A DNA stretch of 63,340 nucleotides, filler included, from Phoronis australis (lineage: Eukaryota > Animalia > Phoronida): assembly GCA_002633005.1 (NCBI GenBank). It is 7 parts of 7 records of this genome, joined end to end, with 100 filler letters (N's around TTAATTAATTAA, not from the genome) between each part and the next. Parts side by side here need not be neighbours in the genome. Positions count along the whole stretch, not along the records: positions 1 to 26,280 come from NMRA01000787.1; 6 more parts are not named here. One strand, given 5' to 3'. Positions 1 to 12,620 of the stretch are shown here, piece by piece. The notes under the pieces are model-generated. The model had not been told where the DNA came from and made no database searches. It saw only the letters and a program-made list of their open reading frames with translations. Each line of letters starts with the position of its first letter. Position 1 is the stretch's first letter. A program made the translations under genes and the position numbers.

Positions 1-187
1 GCGAAGTGGGCAAAAAAGTCCGTTCCAGAGAAACAAAAAGTCCGTGAAAGCGAGACAAAAGTCCACTAAAAAGGCGCAAACGCACAATTCACAGCTCTGA
101 ACGTGGTACCTCCCACTTTTTTGTTAGTAAAAGGTCCACATTGTCAGGAATTCGAGTCCCCCATATTGAAGGCTGGGTGCGCGCATG
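1..187 (+). mobile_element. MITE, CATGCGCGCACCCAG-TIR family (hAT-like), left end outside window
   Basis: Ends in CTGGGTGCGCGCATG at 187; body (GAAGTGGGCAAAAA..GTCC, GCTCTGAAC, TTGTTAGTAAAAGGTC) matches copies at 12968, 50769 and 57293. Confidence 0.8.
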
Positions 188-2544
188 TAACCGTTTTTCA
201 ACAACGGATATTGAAACAACGATCATAGAGACACTATACCAGGGACCTCCAGACGTCGCCCTTTCAAAAAAAGTTCAAATGTGTGATCCTAATAAAACGG
301 AATTTCCAAACTGCATCATAATAAACTAATCTTGAACGTAGAGCCAGCGCAGATGAATATTTACTACCTAAGCTGCTCGTCTAAAGCCAGCGCCCAACCT
401 AGTTCATGGAATTCGTATTTTCATACTGGTAGATCTCAGCTACTTGAGGCAGCTCTCATACACTGGCTATTCGTCAGTGATCTGGCCCCATAATGTTTAC
501 CCTCTTACGGGCCTGCCTTTTGGGACAGGACAACTCATGATTTCGGAAAACTCCTGAGCACCCTTTGCACGGAATCATGCCGTGAAGACCAACGTACCGT
601 TTAGCTTACGGTACATATACCTACTCGTGCACCACCTTTAGCAAGTGCAATCATCAGAGGCCGACAGGAAAGGGGGGGGGGCGGCGAACGCGCTCCCATT
701 CATGAAATTGGCGGCATAATGCGATGATTTGAAGGCGTGAGTGGGTGAAACCATAGCACCGAACAGTTGAAGAGATCTTTCTTGGCAAACGATAACGGAG
801 TCATCTACTTTCGTTTTTGATCTTATGTCATTTGACGCCCAGATCTGGGAAGGGGGCCACACATAGAGTCCGTGATTGCCCCTTTCCTCCTTGTTCTCAT
901 GCAGGCCTAAATCCATTTTTCTTTATGGCCACTTACTATGGGAGGCTCCAAAGATCGGAATCAACCGCTTTGCTTTTCCTTGCCGTTTTTTGTGAAATCG
1001 AACAACCGACCATTTACGTTAAGGGTTATCAATCACACGACCAAATGTCAAAAAATGAAAAATTGTGTTTACTGGTGAACTTGTGAAACGTAAACAATTG
1101 CTGTTTTGTTTCTGTGTTCTCAAAAATTAAAACACTCCACGACACTGTTGCCTTGCGCACGTGCAGCATCGTATGAGAAAGCGACACTCAGGATCAGAAG
1201 GTCACAATGAAATGTTTATATGCTTGTAGTTCAGAACAAACACATAAAAACCTCAATCGCCGTTCGAGCAGCATATCATTTCTTTTTAGCTTGTTCTGGA
1301 ATCTTAAAATTGTAACGTAATAGTTGTTTGTGAATAAATGGAGCGAAATTAGCAGTTAAATGGAACGCAGTCGATGGCATTTGTGAACCTATGATGGAAT
1401 CAACTTTTTAAGTAGTTTACCGTGTTTTTTAATGATATAGCCTTTCAAAAGCACAGAAGTCGCAATAACATAGAACTCGGGAACTATAATAGGAAACCAA
1501 TCACGTTGCAGAACCTGGCAATCATTCATTCGTTCATTGATTACATTAATTGCATAATAAAGTACGCTTCCCATACCAAGCTGGTTATAGCAAAGTGTTA
1601 GAGTTCACACCATGCACTTTCTCAGTTTTTGAGGTTTCAGTTAGCTAATACAAAATGATTACCATAAAGTATAACTAAATAAACACTTCAGATGGCAAAT
1701 AGTCAAGATTTTTTTCACGGCGCGAACCAGCTCCTTTCTGTAATGTTTATTGCACGTTTTATATTTTGTGTAACCTTCTGTTTCTTCAACGTCATTCAGC
1801 TTCCACTTTCTTTGAAAAAATGAAGTAATTTTCTTCATTGTACAGTGGAGCAGACGGAATCGAAGTAGTAGTACCATGGATTGTAATTCAACACTACGCA
1901 GCGCGACTGCCGGTCGCCTGGGATATCACGCGCATATCGACCGGGAGCGGCATTACTTATAGTTGNACACGCACACGCAATGAGCTTATACTCCACACAC
2001 TGTCAAATCTTGTTTCGACCATATAATGTTAATTAACGGGGTTAAGTCGTAAACTCAATTTTCCTTAAGCTTTTGCTCTTTTATTTTTTGCTGCCTCCAG
2101 GAGTCCCCCTAAGTCCGCTTATGTTGGATGCTACAAACTATATGTCAACGAAACTACGATTGCCAATGAGAGGTCACAAAATTATTCTTAAACCATGCTA
2201 AAGTTGCCTGTAAGTGTGATAACATGTCACGACCTAGGATAAAACCCTTAGCAATGGCGATTTTCGGTGTGTCTTCGTGGTTTCATGGGTCCCCGTAGTG
2301 AACGCAGGCATATCTGGAATTAATAAATGATTCGCCCTCGTTTAAATCGGGTTACATATCACGTATCCCGACATAATAACCCACAGTTATCACAAATTTA
2401 TCATATCTATCGCGTTTAATATTTTTTAAGACCCGAAATTGCACGAATCTTTTGCTAGTTGTAGCCTACTACCGGACAGGCAGTAGGTTGAGCAGACGAC
2501 CAGAGCAAGACATTGTGTTAAAGAGGCCTGGAACGTGATAAACA

Positions 2545-2816
2545 GACTTAAATTGCAATATTGAAAGTGTTCCTCTGCCACTTAAATAGAATTCAACCCG
2601 CTCACCAGGTTTTTTTAGGGTTTGTTCGAAAAGATTTTTAATTTCTGTTGATATCAAAGCATTTTATTATAGTTTCAAATTCCAAAAAAACGACCTGTCA
2701 ACTACTCGCCACTTCGTCGTTTTCCATCCCACAAGGCAGAGCACGTCTCCTTATTTGGTATGGCAAGACATTGGCGTAACACATTTCCTTTATATGCAGA
2801 ATGTGACCTTTGACTT
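2545..2816. repeat. Dispersed repeat, unclassified; homologous in reverse orientation to about 44845-45095
   Basis: Shared CCATACCAAAT-AGGAGACGTG, AATTTGAAACTA, TTCGAACAAACC, ACCTGGTGA and TTAAGTGG blocks. Confidence 0.75.
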
Positions 2817-2836
2817 CAAGCGACTTCAAGCAACAG

Positions 2837-2985
2837 GGCTGGGTTGCATAAAACTTAAAAATTATCCGCTGGATAAGTTGGATTGTTGCATGTCGACAGG
2901 TGCATTGTTCAACAATAACAACGTGACGCGTGACAATGCATCGTCATTGTTGCTATACGGCGTATAACTTTTATGCAACTGGGCC
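2837..2985. mobile_element. PIF/Harbinger-like MITE
   Basis: Imperfect TIR GGCTGGGTTGCATAAAACTTA / TAACTTTTATGCAACTGGGCC with 3-bp direct repeat CAG at 2834-2836 and 2986-2988. Confidence 0.65.
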
Positions 2986-3398
2986 CAGGTGAATTACTCT
3001 ATACTAGACGTTGCGAGATGGCACTTTCGTCATTGAATTAATAAAACAATATCATAATACAAAGCCTGTAATAACTATTAACGATTTTATTTGCTGATAC
3101 AACACGGTTAGGACCCGTGGGAGTTGCTTTCTAAGTTTGGCGTAGAACCATAGCCACGAATCATTCAAGACTAGTTGGCCAAATTAGGTCACTGTATGGT
3201 TTAAGTGAAGTGTGTTCGCACACTTAAAACACTGTTTTCACCTTAATTTTCATCAAGTTTGTTGCAATAAACGTTTAGATGGCATTTGACAGATATATTT
3301 GTGCTATAAATTTTAGTTCAATTGTCATTATCAATTATTCAGTGACACTAACACCAGAACAGAATTTGATACTATATAAGATGAGTTTAAACTACTCT

Positions 3399-3776
3399 TT
3401 GAGCCATCCAGGATTACACGGCGGTAGAACTTTCTTTTGTCCCGGAGTTAAGAAAGTGTGTGACACATTTTTGGAAATCAGATACATTGTCGTGTCTCTT
3501 ATTGATGTCGGGCCGGCAAAGAATTTCAAATACCGCATCCACGGGTATTTGTTGTGTTTATAAAACCTCACGTCGGAGTAGCAGTCCACAGCACAGTAGT
3601 ATTACTTCATTGGCATTAGAAGGACGAATAGAGTACTGCAACCGAGAAAAACTCAATTCGTAAAGAATCCGTCGATGCCAACTGATCCTACGGCAAGAAA
3701 ACGAGGTAGCAAATGTGCCTGACGGATGTTTACGGCATTGTGGGTAAATACAGCTGTGTAATCCGGGACGGCCCTA
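3399..3776 (-). mobile_element. Non-autonomous TIR element with THAP-like remnant (same family as 49969-50381)
   Basis: Ends GAGCCATCCAGGATTACA / TGTAATCCGGGACGGCCCT; minus strand reads YYCAVDCYSDVR..KYPWM; homologous to 50130-50381. Confidence 0.65.
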
Positions 3777-3978
3777 TTCGTTTGGATTTAGCACGCCAAG
3801 TACCGTAATTCTTACGCCATTGCCAGGATTATTTTCTCAAGAGACGACTAACGGTTATCTGTTCTAGAAAAAATACGGAAAAGTAGTTTTGACGCATTCC
3901 TCTGTGTGATAACACAGTTATTTCAAAGCCGTATCATCACCAGTATTTGTGATAATATAATTTTCCCATTGGTTTCAC

Positions 3979-4003
3979 CATAGACTATAGTACATAATCT
4001 ATG
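3979..4003. mobile_element. 25-bp miniature P-like TIR element
   Basis: CATAGACTAT-agtac-ATAATCTATG (9/10 inverted match) flanked by 7-bp direct repeat GTTTCAC (3972-3978, 4004-4010). Confidence 0.65.
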
Positions 4004-5327
4004 GTTTCACCCATAAACGTTCCCGTGGGTCACGTGCAAGCGCGTTCGCTGCGGGACGCGCAACTGAGGTGAATTATAGCGCTCAAAGATCGGTGTCGTT
4101 TAATGTCGTGTACACTGGGCCTACCAAGCGTTCTTCGTTTCCCGCCTTGCAGGACTATTCAAGTACCGGGAAGTTCCGTAGATAAGCCCATGGCTGTGTA
4201 TTCGAAAAATAAAAAAATTCAGGCGTTTTAGCAACACCAAATAAACTCCCAGGCGTTTATTCGGAAAAGGGGGAGTGTAAACGATAAGTCATAGTTTTGC
4301 TTGACTTGACACTCTTTGACTGTTTAATTTTTTTGTTAATAAATGCATAGTTCGCCAACACCTTGTTCGTTTTTATAAATGATAAATGCTCCACAAAACT
4401 TAATTTGTGATAAAAAAGTTGACGCTGAGTGGGCTTTTAAGAGGAAAATTTCCAAATGAACGTCCCACTGTCTGCCGGACACTTGGCACCACAAGTTGTA
4501 TGCCCATGGGCGTTTCATCGGGTGGGCTTATCCACGGAAAACCCCGTATCTACTCTCTGTTCCAAGCCTACGTAAGTCCAACATCGATGAGTTACGGTAG
4601 GCTTTCATTAGTCACCGCCGAAAACAGCCTGAGAGCTAAAGGGCACGTGATCCGGACCCAAATATTCAGGCCAGCGTCGACGACGTGAAACTGACGCAGA
4701 AGAGAGAAAATTTAAAAGGATACTAAATCTTGTTTTGATGATTTCAATTAATCAAAGCCTCGTTCTGCCACCATGCAGCTAATAAATCACACGAGCGTCC
4801 CACGTGGGTGATAAAACCGAATTCAGGTACCTCATTCTCTGTGATTTACAAATTGGATATCATTGTCCTGGGTGGGTGGTCTTCCCTACAGTTTTTGTGT
4901 ACTCACCTAAAGTGTAGGTCATGCTCAATTGCCTCTAAAGCAGATTTCGTGAAGTTTACAAATTTTGCTCAAACCTTTCGAGCGTTTTCTACAGTGGAGG
5001 GTTACTGATACATATAGATTATTTCACGTTCTCAGTCCGCGTTATCCCCTGTTATCTAGAGCCCGAGTGGATTTTGGAGAGTTATCGCCCGAGGGCGTTA
5101 TAATGCTCAAGTCAAAGGATCCCGACGACACGATACCCGCATTCAAATTGGAGATGGGCAAGGGTGAATTAGAAGTGAGAGAACACGAGAGAAAATTTTC
5201 ACTGAATTAAAATATCGTTTTTACGGAAATTATACGTCTTATTTTTCATAGCGTATAAATGTCGGTGCAATGGACTTTGCTGAACATGCGATTGTTGCGC
5301 ATTGTATTTCACGTTCGATGGACGTCA

Positions 5328-5408
5328 GCAGTTAAGTGGTGTATTGGCAAAGTCGGCGACTCCAAACTCTGGAGGCCCGGGTTTGAATCCGGCCTCGGTT
5401 TCCCGCCA
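5328..5408 (+). mobile_element. tRNA-derived SINE head (not a functional tRNA)
   Basis: A-box-like TGGTGTATTGG and B-box-like GGTTTGAATCC at tRNA spacing; acceptor stem does not pair. Confidence 0.55.
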
Positions 5409-5802
5409 AAATATTATCTCACTAGTCAGATAACTGTTATTACACGTATGTATCGGCCATTCGAGGCTAATACTGTGGTATAAAGAGCATTATTCGGTGC
5501 AGCAAAGTTGCTTTCAATATCTGTTAACAGGCCGGCCAAAACCGGGTTTTGTATCCTTTTAAGAGAACATTTGTCATCTCAGAAATAAATTAAATTTGAA
5601 AATGGGTGGCCGAAAAAATCACATGTTGATAGGATCCGGCGGGATAGGCTGGTGCTGGTAGAGGCAGTGGTGTTCTTGATCTTCTTCTGGAGACGAGACA
5701 CTGGCTGGATGGCAACAGCGTTATTGACATCTTAGGTGTGAAGCTGGCTTGATGGCAACAGCTTTGGAGTTTGATTCGCATGAAGCCGGCTTATTAGCAA
5801 CT

Positions 5803-6151
5803 GAGTTGTCATGCTACTGATTGGTTGTCTTTATATTGCCCCCGGCGTCGGGACAGTTTTTTATTATATTTTTCCGTTGTCTTTATACTGCCCCGACGAC
5901 CCTTCGGAACAGTTACTAGTGGCGCAGGGCCCGAACCCTCGGCTCCGGTAGAAGGTTGTCACGAAATTTGGTTGTCTTCATTTATAGTGCCCGGCCGTCG
6001 CCCCTTCGGAACATCTACCAGTAGCGCAGGACCCGAACCCTTAGTGCTCCGGTGCATGGTTGTCACGACATTTTGGTTGTCTTTATACTGCCACGTCCGC
6101 GGGACAGTTTTTACCAGTTGAGCAGGGCCAGGACCCTTAAGTGCTCCTGGA
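5803..6151 (-). repeat. Diverged tandem array of about 100-bp units (3 full, 1 partial) at the LINE 3' end
   Basis: Minus-strand unit CCRGAGC..AGGGTYC.GGYCCTGC..CTGTYCCG..GGCAGTATAAAGACAACC repeated. Confidence 0.8.
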
Positions 6152-6863
6152 ATAGGCTTGTCTCGGAAATGCGGCTTAGTGTGGCTTCGCGGAGTGACTG
6201 CAGCCTGTCGGAGACAGCCGGTCTGCGTTCCGTTGAGCTCGTGTAATGTGTCTGTTCGGCAATATCTGGGCTGTCCGTGAGCAATTCTCAGCGCCCAGTT
6301 TTGTACTTTCTGTAGTCTTTCGATTGTGGAAGGAGCACAGGTTGAAATGTCGATCGCGTCATATTCGAATAGGGGTCTGATAAACATTTTGTAGATCAAT
6401 GGTAGGCAGTCGCTCCTAGCGCCCCATCCTGTGCCCTTTATTCGATACATGAGCTTGACTCTGGTTCTTGCAGTCACACAAGCGTGCGACGTGGGTTTGT
6501 AACGTCAGTTTGATCAAGGGTTACCCCTAGCAGAGTGGCCTCTGCTTTTGGTGTGAGCCTGACACCAAATCGAAAGACTGAAAGGTTGCAGTTTGCGTTT
6601 GCGGTGAAACAGGATAACCTGTGATTTTGCGGCATTGAGTTTGATGCGCCAGATGGAGCACCAATCCTCCAGTTTTGATAGTGCCCGCTGGAGGCGTTGG
6701 ACAACTGTCTCCTGTTTTTCACTTGTCCAGAACCCGAAATCGTCGGCGAACTGAGATATCTGAACTTTGTCCCTTGGGTGAACTGGTAGGTCGTTGACAT
6801 AGATCAAAAATAGCAACGGACTTAGGACGGACCCCTGGGGGATGCCGGCCCTCAGATTCACCG
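6150..6863 (-). mobile_element. 5'-truncated non-LTR retrotransposon (LINE) reverse transcriptase, frameshifted
   Basis: GIPQGSVLSPLLFLIYVNDLP, QFADD, WRIKLNAAKSQ, LLGVTLD, YKMFIRPLFEY, LQKVQNWALR spread over three frames. Confidence 0.93.
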
Positions 6864-7448
6864 GTTGGGAAAAGGGTAATATCGGCGAGGGATGGAACTA
6901 ACAAATATGTGTCACAGCTTGGCGGTCTTGCTCCTCCAATCAGTTTGCAAGGATCTGATCACGTGCCCACCACGCCGTCTGTGCTTTGCACATACCAAGA
7001 TGCTTAACACGTAAGTTTGTCTATTATTGCATTATTATTGTTATTCTACTGTAATTATTTTAATATATATTTGCATTTGTTTGGTTGTTTCTGCAATAGT
7101 TGGTCGAACTTTATGTAGTGGCAAAGTATGTTATGTAAAGCACTAGCCAGCCAGTTAGTTGCTCAGGCAGACGAATTTCGCGGTGACAAACTCAAGTTGG
7201 ACACTAGAACTTTGCTGAGCCCAGGCTCTCAACTTCAACTGTCCCGAGTCAGACTGGTATTACACAAACCTCCGAAGCCTTATCTGTCTTTACCAGCCAA
7301 CTACATGAAGACTATCGTGCACCTATAGGTACCACTGTGTTGTCGGCGCCGACAGACCTCGAAATTCCACACGGCTATTTCGGCTCGTCACCTGTGTCCT
7401 GTTGGATATGAAGACCGGCGGTGGTGCATGCAAAATCTGGGAGTCAAC

Positions 7449-7784
7449 TAGGCAATGACCATCGCCTCTGTTGGCCCGAACCAGAGGCGATGCAGAGGCT
7501 ATAGGCGCTCTGCACGCCGGAAGCTTTTCGGCAAATTATGCCTCGCACCGACTGCTCGAAGAAAAAGTTTGATAATGGGAGTATTTGTTCAAGTTGTAAG
7601 GAATTAAACACATCGACAACCTCCTCAGGTGTTCCTCTATGCGCAAAAGGTATTTATAACAATGTGACTTTGATGGTTTAGTCTGTGCGAGGCATAATTC
7701 GCTGAAAAGCTTCCGGCGTACAGAGCGCCTATAGCCTCTGCATCGCCTCTGGTTCGGGCCAACGGAGACGATGGTCATTGCCTA
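7449..7784. mobile_element. MITE with about 105-bp TIRs, TAG...CTA ends and 9-bp TSD
   Basis: TAGGCAATGACCATCGCCTCTG... inverted at 7680-7784; GGAGTCAAC at 7440-7448 and 7785-7793. Confidence 0.92.
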
Positions 7785-8089
7785 GGAGTCAACCTACATA
7801 CACTATGCCCGTTACAGCCATTTAAGTGGGAAATAATCTAATAAAACCATCCGACAGTTGGGTTTTGCGAATGTCTATTTGCCTAGTTTTCAATAGATTC
7901 ACCAGTTGGTCAAAATAGTTGAAGCAATGCTAGGTCTAGGCAATTTACATCGCCCTGGAAGCCGCAGGCATACAGGGGCGATAGTACATCCCCACATCCC
8001 CACAAAAAGTCACTTATTTCAAAACGAAAATAAAATCCAGTGAAACATGCATATATGCACATGGAGTTAGAACAACTCATACCGTAAGT

Positions 8090-8650
8090 TATGCAGTGAC
8101 CATCGCCTCTGTTGGCCCTGACCTTAGGTGATGCAGGTCCTATAGGCGCTCCATACGCCGGAAGCTTTATACAAAAACTTGATTTTAGTTCAAAAACCTT
8201 TTCTTCATGTTATAGCCAAATAAATAGTTAAATTATCTATAGGGAAACTAGTTCCATAATATGAAAGACAGAACAGAGTTTTTAGACAAACCACCATTAG
8301 CATATTGACCATGGCATTTTCGGTCACATCTGTAACTAATTAAAAGTAAATTTTAGTACACTTATATGCAGAATTGAATACTTTTGATACCTGAAGTGCT
8401 TTCATCAAGTGTGTAATGTGTACTTAAAATTTTTTACCACTGATGCTTCACTAATTTTATATTGGAATTTAAAGTGTCTGAATGTCACATCTGTAACAAA
8501 ACCAATACCGTGGAATGCACCTAAAACATCGAAGTCATGTTGTTATAAATACCTTTCGTGCATAGAGAAACACCTGAGGAGGTTGTCGATGTTTTTATTT
8601 CTTTCCAACTCGAACAAATACTCCCGTTATCAAACTTTTTCTTTTAGCAG
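8090..8650 (+). mobile_element. End of a longer relative of the 7449 MITE
   Basis: Diverged TIR copy at 8090-8168; 8520-8650 is the reverse complement homologue of the MITE interior 7553-7681. Confidence 0.8.
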
Positions 8651-9550
8651 TCCTTATTTCAGTTCCCAAAATCGTGAACTCAACATTTTCGCACTGCGCA
8701 CGCTCCAATTTTTACCACGCTCGCTAGGTGATATGACGTCATGACCTCTACCTTTTAAATAGGCCAAAGGTGAGAACTTGCGATCTTGTCAATCAAATGT
8801 TCGCTTCCAAAATACCTCGGCAATGTCTTAGGCCGCCACTAATTGTCTTTAATGGGCGTTCCTTGAAACTGATTGTATTTAATGAATTATTGTTTGAACT
8901 TAAATAAAATAAATGATAACACATTTAGCCGTCTTTGAGCACATATTTGACATTTTAATGTTTAATTAAAAGGTTTTAAGTTAGGGTTCGGATGATTGGT
9001 TTTGCGAAGTTCATTTGCAACAGTAACAAGTTTCTAGGTTCACGCACTTTATTCGAATGTCTGTTGCTAAATGTGTCTGTTCAGTGTCAGTTTCGCTCAA
9101 CACATTATCTATCTGCCAGCTGATAGGTTTAATTATGATCTCTTACGAAATCAACAACCATTTCATTGAGTGGGTCTGTTAATAGAAAGCCTGTCACGGT
9201 GCTTGCAGACCAACGATAACTCAATGATACATACAAAATTAAGATGTATAAACACGTTAAAACAATTCAGTTCAGTATTAACATAGACGGTGAGGAGAGT
9301 TGCATCAACTCAAGGCTTTGAATTTTCAGCGGAAACACGGATTTCCGCTTTTTTCAAATCTTCTGTCCGTGTATTTTAATATATTTCCACGTAAAAAAAT
9401 CTGATTTGATATAAAATTTCCGCGGCAAATTTCTTTCTGACCGCGGCATTCCCGACGACTTTCGGCTCGAAAAATGGAAGTTGCTCTTTATGTTTCGGAG
9501 GAACGTAGATTATCATTGCCGGGGCACCTGGGATAGCGTGGTTTTCTTCA

Positions 9551-12500
9551 ATGGCGTCTCGTGGAATTGTGAATCGCGGTGACAAATACTGCGATTCTGC
9601 GGCCAAAAATGTGTGGAGGTGGGAGTGGACGGAATGTTTCGTGGAAGAAGTGGACGAAAGAATCAGGCAATATATTCGCAAACAAAAAAGTCAGGATTTG
9701 CTCATTGTAAACTCTGCCAGAGAGACGTCAGTTACGGAGTGCGTGGCCGAATCGCCTTGGAGGACCACCTGAAAACAATGAAGCGCAAGAAAGAAAAACA
9801 CTTTCTGAAAGGAAATTCAACCATAACTGGTAAGTAATTCCTAAGAATTGTGGGATGTGAATGATATATGAAGCTCTTTTGTTTGATCCCTCATGCAAAC
9901 CCGGGCCAAGTTGGCCGCTGCGCCCGAGTCTTCTATTTTCTACTTGCCGCCGAGATACAATAACAAAGTGTAATTTTGTTAATGCAATTATGATTTAGAT
10001 TGCGTTGATGTAGTCCAATTTATTTCGACATTTTTCACGTTTTAGTTTGTAAAAATGTCTTTGATACTGACCCACTCGAGCTTTGCAGCTCAGGAGAGAA
10101 GCGGTCACGTGACAGGTGCTAGTTATCTGAGTTGTCGAAGCCATGTGTACAAATTCTGCCAGCCCATTTTCATGGTTGTGGTAGTTATTCCTTGTATAAA
10201 GAGGTCACATGGTTTGAACAATCAACACCTGTAATTAATATTGTTTGAAACTTTGGTCAACTTAGAATAAATTTATAGTTTACGGTATGTTTTTTATTTT
10301 CATTTTTTGTCATGCTAATAGTTGGGCCACAAGTTTTTGTCTTGACTTAAATTCCATTTTCGTTGAATTTTTTTGTTGATATTAAATGTGTATGTATTTC
10401 AGGTTTTACAGTTCATCTCTGAATCGAATTTATCTAAAATTTCGTATAATAATTAAAAGAACTAAATTTAATTATAGGTCATTTTCTCAACTTCTGTTTA
10501 GTTTGTTCTTTTACGTTCTATGCCACTTTAAAAATTTTATTCGACAGTTACAAAAAGACTATTGCATATTGTAAAATTGATAACTTTATACACTTTCAAA
10601 ATATTTTAGTATATATATTTGTTTTTATGACTAATTTTGATGCGTTTGTTGCCTCTACTTGTTTTCTTAGATAGATATCACACCTGTACCCTTTGTATTT
10701 ATGCTTTAAAATAATGAAGGTACATGTTAAGTTGCTGAATGCATATTGCAAATGTTTGGCCACCTATGCTATTTGTATCCGGGTTGCACAACAAATGAGT
10801 TGATTTTTTTTCATAGGTGAGGGTGTGGCTAAGGAAAACGTGTATGGTACCCATCCCATGTTTCATGAGAAGCTTGTACAAGAGGACTCCCCAACATTCA
10901 CTCCAACTGCAACTCAGAAGCTATGGTATGTTCATTATGACTAGTTAAACAAGTTAGGACATGGGAATTTTATATGGTTTGTAATGCTGTCACAACTTTA
11001 CAACCTGTGGTCTGCATATATCAGAAAAATTTATATTTCAAGGAAAGTCAACCTCTCCTGTTAATAGGCCAGCCACTGTTGTAGTAGTTTTCTGTAGACA
11101 ATTTTATGTTTATGGGAAAAGAAAATTGTGTCAATCTTCATGAGAAACAGTCACATGACTATGAATGTCTTGACCTCTTTTCATAAAAAGATACTGTGAT
11201 CATCAAATGTTAAAAATAAGTAGTTGTATGTGTCACACTAGTCCTTTGTGACAAATTTAACTCATTACCTTAACGAACTGGAGCAAATCAAGAACTAAGG
11301 TTCTGTCACTCACTCTGCAAATGTTGTGTTACTATCTTAATTGCTTTAATTATAAAGAATGTCTTTTATTGTAGCTCATTGCCTTCATTGCTGACAATTC
11401 TCTGCCACTGTCAGCTGCACCCAAGTTATTGGATCTTGTAAAAGCCTTCGCCAACGACAAACCTGTAGTTGAACGAATGAGACTTGACAATTCCACTGCT
11501 TCATACAAGCTTAAGTATGGTGTGGCAGACACCCTGCATGAAGAGCTTCTGGCAGAGTTAAGGGAAACGCCATTCTCCCTGAACATCGATGAGTCAACAA
11601 ACTCCAACAGTGAAAAGGTTGTGACCATACTCGTCAGTTATTTTTCTGAGAAGAAGAGGATTATTGTGAATCAATTGGTGTCTTTTTTAATAACACGGCT
11701 CACCAGTGAATATCTGTTTGAGCAAATTGACAAAACGTTCCACCTGAATAATCTGTAGTGGAAAATTTTGATCGCTATCCTCATGGACTCTTGTAATGTA
11801 ATGCGGGGTGCGAAAGCTGGTTTAGAAACACTTGATTCGGGAACGTAGAGCTCCCCCATCTTCTTGATATTGATGGTGATTCATGTCATCATGTCCACAA
11901 TGCTGCCAAAGCCTTTTGTGAGCCATTCGGGATACACTGAGAAGATTCTGACTGACTTGTACACCGACTTCAAGTGGACGACGTACAGTGCGAGTCTGCT
12001 AACAGAGATCTGCACTGCTCTGGGTATAAAACCGTCAGTGCCCAAGGAATACATTCCTCATCGATGGCTGTCGCTGTTGCAAGTATGTATTGAGACTGTG
12101 CGATTATTTGATGCCCTGTCTGTCTATTATTTTTGTTTTCTTGATAAAGAAAACCAGAGCGTTCACCAAGATGATATTGATGAGATTTTCACTAAGCGTG
12201 GCATTACATCAAACACCAAGGAGGCAATTGAGGTGGTTCAAAGGAAGATCAGAAAGTCTCTAACTTTGTGTACAAAGGAAGGGAAGGATAGAAAGAGACG
12301 ACTTTCAGACAATTTTTAATGTTCGTGGGAAAACTTCACTCATTCTGCATTTTAGCGTCATTTCTCACAATATTCCATGACTACATGAAATACTTTCAGC
12401 AGTCTCAACCAAAAATACAAGAACTTCACAACAGACAAGAGGATCTTATGAAGGAGTATTTGGGATGTTTTATTAAATCAGAAATGCTGCAAGGTGGTGC

Positions 12501-12620
12501 CAAAAGTCTGCTTAAACTTGATTTGCATAACAAGACAAATTATCTGACAAACTCTACTTGTTTTTACGGTGAAGTGGTCAAGAAAATACTCGCAGCTAAG
12601 AGAAAGGATTACTGCACACA
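9551..12620 (+). pseudogene. hAT-like DDE transposase pseudogene with introns (exons about 9551-9829, 10817-10925, 11375-12620)
   Basis: BED-like AHCKLC..LEDHL; FSLNIDEST, LMDSCNVMRG, LDIDGDSCHHVHN, HRWLS; GT-AG junctions; stops and frameshifts; possible left end CAAGGCTTTGAA at 9311. Confidence 0.85.

Noticed and set aside
4380-4600. Possible further THAP remnant on the minus strand
   Set aside because: Needs several frameshifts; motif evidence too weak
5328-5408. Functional tRNA-Trp gene
   Set aside because: Acceptor and anticodon stems do not pair and the B box is mutated; better read as a SINE head
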